From an uncultured Alphaproteobacteria bacterium (lineage in GTDB: Bacteria; Pseudomonadota; Alphaproteobacteria; RF32; CAG-239): 64,000 nt of DNA. The stretch covers positions 30,347 through 94,346 of the forward strand of contig CASFSV010000041.1 in assembly GCA_949297415.1 (NCBI GenBank). Direction: 5' to 3'. A program made the translations under genes and the position numbers. A model generated the notes under the pieces. The model saw nothing but the letters and a program-made list of their open reading frames with translations, did no database searches and was not told the origin of the DNA. Numbering within the stretch: the first letter of the stretch is position 1; every line of letters starts with the position of its first letter. Shown one piece after another: positions 24,623-31,055 of this stretch.

Positions 24623-25483
24623 ATGTTTTCAGAATTAAAAAAATATGAAGTAAATGGAACAAATATATGGATGGGAAAGCTTTATAGAGTGAACAATGTA
24701 AAGCAAGAAAAACCCATAAATTTTCATATTCGCCCATTAAATAAAGAAGATGCCGAACAAATGGGGAAATTATCTGAAAGCATATATCATTATTTAAAAA
24801 ACGGTGAAGAATGCTTCATTCATAAGCATACAAAAGAATACTTTTATGAGGTTTTTGATAATCATCAAATCAAATACATAGGTGTTTTTGTTGGAAAAAA
24901 TTTAGTAGGAATGTCATATATACGAATTTGTAAAAATCAAAAAGATTTACAAGAGGAGCTCCCTAATTGTGAATACAACTTTTTTCATAGTTGCCGAAAT
25001 AAAGGAAATAATAAAATTGCATCTATGGGAGGGGATTCTGTTTTGCCGATGTATCGAGGTAATTCTTTAAATACCACAATGATAAATTATCGGATTGAGG
25101 AAGCGAGGAAACTTGAATGTACAGATTGTACATCTATTGTAGATAGAAAAAACCGTTGGAATATGGGGCCATATTTTGCATGTAATTTTAATTTATTTTC
25201 AACGGCAATAGATCCATCGGATGGTGGTAAAATTTCTTTATTGCACAAACCAATGGATAAAGAGAGTGTTTTATCTTGCTTTAAACCAAGAATATCCATT
25301 CCGTATGAACGGTTGGAAGTTATAGATTATATGATATCTAAGGGGTTTGTAGGTATTGATTTTGATAAAAAGAAAGGCAATGTATTATTTGCGCATACAC
25401 AATACTACAATCAGCAAAATTATCAATCACATAAAAATTATCAGATATTGGAGATAAAAAGAAGATTCGCAAAAGCCTTATAG
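24623..25483 (+). CDS. GNAT-family N-acetyltransferase-like protein with C-terminal extension
   Basis: 286-aa ORF with SD AAAGGA. IRPLNKEDAEQM..., IGVFVGKNLVGMSYIR, LPMYRGNSLNTTMINYRIEEARKLEC resemble GNAT motifs A and B. Confidence 0.55.
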   Translation: MFSELKKYEVNGTNIWMGKLYRVNNVKQEKPINFHIRPLNKEDAEQMGKLSESIYHYLKNGEECFIHKHTKEYFYEVFDNHQIKYIGVFVGKNLVGMSYIRICKNQKDLQEELPNCEYNFFHSCRNKGNNKIASMGGDSVLPMYRGNSLNTTMINYRIEEARKLECTDCTSIVDRKNRWNMGPYFACNFNLFSTAIDPSDGGKISLLHKPMDKESVLSCFKPRISIPYERLEVIDYMISKGFVGIDFDKKKGNVLFAHTQYYNQQNYQSHKNYQILEIKRRFAKAL

Positions 25484-25570
25484 GTGTAAGAATTTGCAAA
25501 AAAATAGAAAGATTTTTGTTGCGAAGTATAATAAATTTAACTATTATACAGAGAGTAACATTAATTTTAA

Positions 25571-26122
25571 TTGGAGGCAACCATAGCTACAGAAAATACC
25601 AATGCGCCAGTACGTGAAAGTGATGGACCGCGCATAAATCGTGAGATAAAATCTAAAGAAGTTCGTTTGATTAACTATAATGGAGAAAATTTAGGCATCG
25701 TTCCAATTACAGAAGCTTTGAAAATTGCTCAGGAAGTTGGATTAGACTTAATTGAAATTTCTCCTCAAGTAACACCACCTGTCTGCAAAGTGTTAGATTA
25801 TGGCAAATATAAATACGAAATGCAGAAGAAGAAAAATGAGGCAAAGAAAAATCAGAAGGTTGTAAATATTAAAGAATTAAAATTGCGCCCGATGATTGAT
25901 ACTCACGACTATGAGGTAAAGGTAAAGCAAGCAAAGAAATTTTTGGAGCAAGGAGATAAAGTTAAGTTTACCATGCGTTACAAAGGTCGCGAGATGAGTG
26001 CTAATGATATGGGAAAAGAAATATTAAACAGATTGCTTGAAGATTTGGAAGGTATTTGCAAAGTAGACGCTGCTCCGAAATTAGAAGGAAAGCAAATGTT
26101 TATGATTGTTTCTCCTGCATAA
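25571..26122 (+). CDS. infC: translation initiation factor IF-3
   Basis: RINREIKSKEVRLINYNGENLGIVPITEALKIAQEVGLDLIEISPQVTPPVCKVLDYGKYKYE is canonical IF-3. The ORF opens at TTG 25571, but GGAGG (25573-25577) is placed to serve ATA 25583. Confidence 0.9.
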   Translation: MEATIATENTNAPVRESDGPRINREIKSKEVRLINYNGENLGIVPITEALKIAQEVGLDLIEISPQVTPPVCKVLDYGKYKYEMQKKKNEAKKNQKVVNIKELKLRPMIDTHDYEVKVKQAKKFLEQGDKVKFTMRYKGREMSANDMGKEILNRLLEDLEGICKVDAAPKLEGKQMFMIVSPA

Positions 26123-26142
26123 ATATAGATAAATAAAAAAAG

Positions 26143-26170
26143 AGGCGGCTAGAAAGGCCGCCTTAATTTT
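26143..26170 (+). terminator. intrinsic terminator after infC
   Basis: AGGCGGC (26143-26149) pairs with GCCGCCT (26157-26163), followed by TAATTTT. Confidence 0.6.
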
Positions 26171-26186
26171 ATATAAAGAATCATAT

Positions 26187-26214
26187 AAAAAAAAGAGCCG
26201 TATATCTACGGCTC
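26187..26214 (-). terminator. intrinsic terminator after fba
   Basis: 8-bp stem GAGCCGTA/TACGGCTC (26195-26214). On the minus strand it is followed by a T8 run (plus-strand A run 26187-26194). Confidence 0.65.
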
Positions 26215-26235
26215 AATAATCAAAGAGAGATGAAA

Positions 26236-27273
26236 TTAAGCGTACTTTTTTGCCATAACAGACAATGGAACTGGCTTAATTTTATCAGCATGACCAGCCG
26301 CACCAAAAGCAACATAGCGGTCAATACAAACTTTCTTCATTTCTTCAATAGCAGGTTTCAAATATTTACGAGGATCGAATTCTTTTGGATTCTCAGCAAA
26401 TAATTTTCTGATAGCGCCAGTAATAGCCATACGGCAGTCTGTATCGACATTAACTTTGCGAACACCGGATTTAATGCCGCGAACAATTTCTTCAACCGGT
26501 ACACCAAATGTTTGAGGAATAGCGCCTCCATAAGCGTTAATTAAATCTTGCAATTCTTGAGGCACAGAAGATGAACCATGCATAACCATATGAGTATTTG
26601 GCAATTTAGCATGAATTTTCTCAATAACGTCGATAGCCAAGATATCGCCGGTAGGTTTACGAGTAAATTTATAAGCGCCGTGAGAAGTCCCAACAGCAAC
26701 AGCCAAAGCATCAATATTTGTTTCTGCAACAAATTTTGCAGCTTCATCAGGATCTGTAACCAAACGTTTCTTATCAATAACACCTTCAGCACCATGACCA
26801 TCTTCTTTGTCACCTTTACCTGTTTCCAAAGAACCGATAACACCGAGTTCTCCTTCAACAGAAGCACCGACAGCATGAGCTCTTGCCACAACCTCTTTAG
26901 TAACGCGAACGTTATATTCAAAAGAAGAAGGTGTTTTACCGTCAGCTTCCAAAGAACCGTCCATCATAACGGAAGAATAACCATTAACCAAAGCGGATTG
27001 GCAAATATCAACGGAAGAACCATGGTCTTGGTGTAAGCAGATTGGCAATTCAGGGAACATTTCGATTCCGGCAGCAATCATATGACGAATCATAGGGTCG
27101 CCGGCAAATTTTCTAGCACCTGTAGAAGTTTGAATAATAACTGGTGCGTTAACTTCTTTAGCTGCTTCCAAAACAGCAATAATTTGTTCCATATCATTAA
27201 CATTAAAAGCCGGAACACCATAGTTGTTTTCGGCAGCGTGATCTAAAATCTGACGCATAGAAACTAAAGGCAT
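26236..27273 (-). CDS. fba: class II fructose-bisphosphate aldolase
   Basis: 345-aa [33 protein letters not shown]..., metal ligands in LHQDHG and HGSS contexts. Typical FbaA/CbbA type. Confidence 0.9.
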   Translation of the reverse strand: MPLVSMRQILDHAAENNYGVPAFNVNDMEQIIAVLEAAKEVNAPVIIQTSTGARKFAGDPMIRHMIAAGIEMFPELPICLHQDHGSSVDICQSALVNGYSSVMMDGSLEADGKTPSSFEYNVRVTKEVVARAHAVGASVEGELGVIGSLETGKGDKEDGHGAEGVIDKKRLVTDPDEAAKFVAETNIDALAVAVGTSHGAYKFTRKPTGDILAIDVIEKIHAKLPNTHMVMHGSSSVPQELQDLINAYGGAIPQTFGVPVEEIVRGIKSGVRKVNVDTDCRMAITGAIRKLFAENPKEFDPRKYLKPAIEEMKKVCIDRYVAFGAAGHADKIKPVPLSVMAKKYA

Positions 27274-27379
27274 TATAATCTCCTTATCATAAAATTAATT
27301 CTCATCCAAGACTATATAAATTTGCACAATATTTGCAAGTTATTTTTAACAAAATGACAAGGAAGATATGGGGGAACAT

Positions 27380-27403
27380 AAAAAAAAGTCCGCCGAAGCG
27401 GAC
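27380..27403 (-). terminator. intrinsic terminator after the 73-aa basic protein gene
   Basis: GTCCGC-CGAA-GCGGAC hairpin (27388-27403), followed on the minus strand by a T8 run. Confidence 0.6.
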
Positions 27404-27426
27404 ATCAAGCAACAACAAATATTTTA

Positions 27427-27648
27427 CTAAGCAACTTCTTTTTGTTTTTTGAAAAGCAAAACATTATTGACATCATGTTTAATTTCTCTGTCAGAACAAA
27501 TGCCGGTTGCAATAACTTTGTATTGATTAAGGATTACCCCACACGAAAGTTTCTTTTTAGTAGAGCAAAATCCGCCTGCTATTTTTTTAGCGCCAGATTT
27601 TGCAAAAGTATTTCTTTTAGTCTCGTTTTTAATTGTAGCCTTAATCAT
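27427..27648 (-). CDS. small basic hypothetical protein (73 aa)
   Basis: ORF 27427-27675, preferred start ATG 27648 with SD AAGGA (MIKATIKNETKRNTFAKSGAKKIAGGFCSTKKKLSCGVILNQYKVIATGICSDREIKHD...). Its own terminator sits downstream. No family recognised. Confidence 0.45.
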   Translation of the reverse strand: MIKATIKNETKRNTFAKSGAKKIAGGFCSTKKKLSCGVILNQYKVIATGICSDREIKHDVNNVLLFKKQKEVA

Positions 27649-27883
27649 ATTTATTTCCTTTCTTATTATTGACATAATAAATGACAGGAACTTTTATTTT
27701 TGTCAATAATTATTTTTACAAATAAGTAAAAAAACTCTGTATATAAACATATAACAGCAAAAACTTAAATTAAAGTAAAGAAAAAGATTGGTTTTGTCTA
27801 AACAGTGGATAACAGAAACTAAATATAACATTTCAAAAGAGAAAACATAAAGAAGAGAAATGTAGAAATAAAAAAGCACAAAT

Positions 27884-27910
27884 AAAAAAAAGCCTGCAGC
27901 AACAGCAGAC
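27884..27910 (-). terminator. probable terminator after tRNA-Ser
   Basis: On the minus strand, GTCTGC/GCAGGC stem (one G-U pair) followed by a T8 run, directly 3' of the tRNA. Confidence 0.4.
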
Positions 27911-27917
27911 CTTTAAG

Positions 27918-28005
27918 TGGCGGAGTGTACAGGACTCGAACCTGTGCATCCTTATTCGGGATGACGGATTAGCAATCCGCTGCATTACCGCTCTGCCAAC
28001 ACTCC
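27918..28005 (-). tRNA. tRNA-Ser (anticodon GCU), class II with long variable arm, CCA encoded
   Basis: Reverse complement GGAGTGTTGGCAGAGCGGTAATGCAGCGGATTGCTAATCCGTCATCCCGAATAAGGATGCACAGGTTCGAGTCCTGTACACTCCGCCA. It folds with a 7-bp acceptor stem, 3-bp D stem, anticodon loop TTGCTAA, variable stem CATCC/GGATG and T loop TTCGAGT. Confidence 0.9.
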
Positions 28006-28160
28006 GTAACTTAAGAACATTTACATTAAGTTTTCTGTAACGTCAATATATTTTTTAAGAAATTGAGCAATTTCTTAGAAATACACAGATTTCATTTATT
28101 TACTGCATTTTAAATAAATTGCTGTATATTATGCGCAGTAAATTTCAATGGAGAAAGAAT

Positions 28161-28592
28161 ATGAACCAGGAATACGAGTACATAGCGACTTTAAGTCCGG
28201 AAGAAAAAAGAATTTTTGTAGAAAGCTTTTGCAGTATGGTCTGCTCAGATAAAAAAGTCGCAAAAGAAGAAATAGATTTTTTAAAAAATATCGGGAAAAT
28301 GTATGAAATTCCGGAAGCTGAAATTGTAAACATTATGAAAAATCTGAATAAAGAGCAGATTTTAGAAAAAGTAAGCCGGATTACTGAGCGTAAAAAAGCC
28401 TTGCAGTTGGTAAAAGAACTCTGCTTTTTAGCAAATTCAGATAGTGGACTTGATGATGATGAGATTGATTTCATCATTGACATAGCAGAGCGCTTGAATG
28501 TTGAAAATGAAAAAATTAAGCAGATTAATAAATGGGTATTAGATAAATTAGTTTTATTAAAAACCGGAGATATCATCTTAGAAAACGAATAA
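28161..28592 (+). CDS. TerB-like (tellurite-resistance TerB / DjlA N-terminal type) domain protein
   Basis: ORF 28119-28592, preferred start ATG 28161 with SD GGAGA. Two half-repeats: SDKKVAKEEIDFLKNIGKMYEI and SDSGLDDDEIDFIIDIAERLNV. Confidence 0.6.
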   Translation: MNQEYEYIATLSPEEKRIFVESFCSMVCSDKKVAKEEIDFLKNIGKMYEIPEAEIVNIMKNLNKEQILEKVSRITERKKALQLVKELCFLANSDSGLDDDEIDFIIDIAERLNVENEKIKQINKWVLDKLVLLKTGDIILENE

Positions 28593-28615
28593 TAGCCATT
28601 GAAAGCATTTTTAAG

Positions 28616-28643
28616 GAGTCGCCCATAAAAGGCGGCTCTTTTT
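28616..28643 (+). terminator. intrinsic terminator after the TerB-like gene
   Basis: GAGTCGCC-CATAAAA-GGCGGCTC hairpin followed by TTTTT. Confidence 0.65.
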
Positions 28644-28717
28644 GTGTGCAATTTTATTTTGCAAACAAAAATAAAGTATGCTAAGATAAACAAAAGCAAA
28701 TTAAAGAAAGTGCGACT

Positions 28718-29623
28718 ATGGCGGAAAATTTGCAAATAGAAGAACTATATCGGATAATAAACCGAGCCGTTTCACGTTGTACAAATCACGAAAATAATGC
28801 GGTAAATACAGAGATTTCCATATATCAAAGTAAGGTGGCGCACCGTCGTAGTGCAGATGGACAATTAAGCATATGGACAGACGATTCTCTGGTGTATGCG
28901 GAAACCGCAAAAGCGGCGGATTTTTGTGATTGTTTGGAAGAATATCGCCAGTCGATAGATTTATATGCGAGTAATACACAAAGTTTGAGTGAATATAACT
29001 ATCGGAAATTATTAAAGGGAATAGAATATTTCCGCCCGCAAATATATTCAGAAAATATGTATATTCTAAATGCGCTGGAATATAATTGTAAGCGTCAGCT
29101 GCCGGAATATCACGATAAAATGCTTCTGGAGGAGTATAATCGCAAAGCCCTGCGTATTCGGGATATGAAACAAGGGTATGACCGCCTGCGCCGCCAAAAT
29201 CAAAAGGCATCTAAAGATTATGAAAAGGACGCATTGTATTTTTTCAAAGAAGTGATGAACAACGAGGAACTGAGAAAAATAAAAGGCTGTGCGGAAAAAT
29301 TGTCGTTGTATGAAAATTGTTTAAACATTGTGGATTGTTTACCTGCTGAAAAATACAATCGCAGTGCTAAATTTAAGCTAAAAAAGAATTTTAATTATGC
29401 CATACGCATAACCGCCACCGCTTTGAGTAGAGAAGCAAATAATGCGGAGCAAGCCAAACGATATGAAGATATTTCTAAAAAAGCGGAGTATGAAGAAAAT
29501 CGTTATGCAAAAGCGATGGAACGCGTAAGAGAGTTCTCAGAAAAGCCTCAAAGATATAAAAGTAGAGCTTTATCCATAGAAGCACGAAACAAACGTGCAA
29601 AAGAAGAGTGGGATTATCGCTAG
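28718..29623 (+). CDS. hypothetical helical protein (301 aa), no recognisable family
   Basis: Longest ORF in this stretch. The 5' half is visibly G+C-richer than host genes. K/E/R-rich helical C-terminus. The antisense 164-aa ORF was judged spurious. Confidence 0.55.
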   Translation: MAENLQIEELYRIINRAVSRCTNHENNAVNTEISIYQSKVAHRRSADGQLSIWTDDSLVYAETAKAADFCDCLEEYRQSIDLYASNTQSLSEYNYRKLLKGIEYFRPQIYSENMYILNALEYNCKRQLPEYHDKMLLEEYNRKALRIRDMKQGYDRLRRQNQKASKDYEKDALYFFKEVMNNEELRKIKGCAEKLSLYENCLNIVDCLPAEKYNRSAKFKLKKNFNYAIRITATALSREANNAEQAKRYEDISKKAEYEENRYAKAMERVREFSEKPQRYKSRALSIEARNKRAKEEWDYR

Positions 29624-29679
29624 AATAAATCAAAAAGATTCGCGGATAAAAAAACTGATAAAAAGCCCAAATAGAGCAT

Positions 29680-29712
29680 AAAAAAAGGGTTCCAAGCAAA
29701 TGCTTGGGACCC
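29680..29712 (-). terminator. intrinsic terminator between convergent island genes (T-run on the minus strand)
   Basis: 11-bp stem GGGTTCCAAGC/GCTTGGGACCC (29687-29712). A plus-strand A7 run precedes it, giving a T-run for the minus-strand lipoprotein gene. Confidence 0.7.
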
Positions 29713-29731
29713 TTATCTTAGTGCGTACCGC

Positions 29732-30613
29732 TTAAAACGGAATAGCAGAACCTTCTGCGATAGCCTCTTCACGATTAAAGAGGATCCAATAATCGTATTC
29801 TGCTGTCATCTTCTCGCTCAGACCGAAGTCTTCGCAAGAAAATTCTGCAGAAATGATAATCGGGTACCGGAGGTACTCTTTCCCGTTTTCAACGGCAGAG
29901 CGAGAGCTCTGCTTGTCATCTTCAGTTTCCCACGGACGATCCAGCCAACGGCCGTTCTCACCATCGTAACGGTAAGTTTCGTCCTTGTGGTGCTTTGACT
30001 CATATCCTCTCGGATAGATTGTAAACACCACAGGCTTAAGCTGGATTTCACCCAACTTTTCGTCGGTAAAGATACCGGCGAAATCGTTGCAAGAAGCGAT
30101 TGGATCGAAAACGTCCTCTTCGCAAGTTGAGGAAACGTAATTAAAGTGGGCTTTTTTAGACTCACGAATCACGGTCCATCCACCATTTTCGCAAACAGTG
30201 GTATCCCTTTCAACATAACTCTTACGGGCCATGTTATTATGGTTCGTAAACTCACTCTGATATGCTTTGTAACCTTTGCTAAATGCAAGGTTAATAGCAC
30301 GCCACTCAGCGCTCTGAATGGTTGAAAAATCGTAGACGCGGGTGGTGTCTTTGTAGACACTCTCTCCCATATACACTGCTGTGTATATGTCCTTAATTTC
30401 AATGTGGAAATCCACAACGCCGTCAACCAGCGTTGTTTCATTTTTAATCAGAGATGAGTGGCTGTAAGACCACTCAACAAATTCTTCGTCCTCTTCCGGA
30501 ACGGTAACCACAGGGGCTTCCGCTCTGGTTTGAATTAATTCCTCACCTGCGCATGAAGCAAACATTACAGCACTCAATAAAATAACGACTACGAAAAAGA
30601 AATTCTTCTTCAT
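29732..30613 (-). CDS. lipoprotein of unknown function, G+C-rich relative to the host
   Basis: ORF 29732-30622. Signal and lipobox MKKNFFFVVVILLSAVMFASC, then an acidic stretch AGEE...EEDEE. No obvious SD before either ATG. Hand count of 29761-29940 gives 84/180 G+C. Confidence 0.7.
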   Translation of the reverse strand: MKKNFFFVVVILLSAVMFASCAGEELIQTRAEAPVVTVPEEDEEFVEWSYSHSSLIKNETTLVDGVVDFHIEIKDIYTAVYMGESVYKDTTRVYDFSTIQSAEWRAINLAFSKGYKAYQSEFTNHNNMARKSYVERDTTVCENGGWTVIRESKKAHFNYVSSTCEEDVFDPIASCNDFAGIFTDEKLGEIQLKPVVFTIYPRGYESKHHKDETYRYDGENGRWLDRPWETEDDKQSSRSAVENGKEYLRYPIIISAEFSCEDFGLSEKMTAEYDYWILFNREEAIAEGSAIPF

Positions 30614-31007
30614 ATGTCTCACGCGCGCCTCAAGATGTTTCCACCTGTCTACTCACGCGTTATAATTTAAAATAGCATTTGGCTATTGGGGGCAAATTCA
30701 TAAAAATTTTCAATCGGTTAACCTGAGGTACTGTTCTTCGCTCACGGTGTTATGTCGTAATAATAAAAAAACTTCGATTGATAAATTTTACAAACTGCTG
30801 ATCCGGTACTTCCAAATGCGTCGTTTATAATCATTTTATCAAGTGAACTACGCCGCACTAAGAGAATTTTTACAATAATAAAAATAAAACTTAGAAAACA
30901 GAATAATTCACTTTAGAATTTTAATATACCACATTTTTTGCCCTACGTCAAGCCTTTGTCGATTCTCTTTTTCGATTCGTAGTTGAGGTAATGTGTTGAA
31001 AATAAAC

Positions 31008-31037
31008 AAAAAGCCCGAAGTTTTGCGCTTCGGGCTT
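31008..31037 (-). terminator. intrinsic terminator after glgP
   Basis: GCCCGAAG-7 nt-CTTCGGGC hairpin with a T-run on the minus strand. Confidence 0.7.
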
Positions 31038-31055
31038 AATTCTAAGTAAGATTTT

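Noticed and set aside
24417-24737. 106-aa minus-strand ORF spanning the ligA-GNAT spacer
   Set aside because: It overlaps the GNAT start and the promoter/leader/terminator elements. It has no SD and a hydrophobic nonsense-like translation.
26541-27036. 126-aa and 152-aa ORFs overlapping fba on both strands
   Set aside because: They are embedded in a clearly recognisable class II aldolase gene, and their translations are low-complexity.
27804-27812. DnaA-box-like AGTGGATAA in the A-rich spacer next to tRNA-Ser
   Set aside because: It is a single 8-of-9 match with no cluster of boxes and no AT-rich 13-mer array or dnaA/dnaN context. That is insufficient to call an origin.
28145-28735. 196-aa ORF antisense to the TerB-like gene
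   Set aside because: Its F/S/L-rich low-complexity translation is the mirror image of a K/E-rich gene. It has no SD, and the terminator orientation supports the + strand gene.
28716-29210. 164-aa ORF antisense to the 301-aa islet gene
   Set aside because: It is shorter than the + strand ORF and lies fully inside it. It has no SD and a Pro/Tyr/His-rich unstructured translation.
27918-31055. Searched for an integrase gene and for a direct repeat of the tRNA-Ser end flanking the islet
   Set aside because: None was found by eye, so the islet is reported only as compositionally anomalous DNA and not as a defined integrative element.
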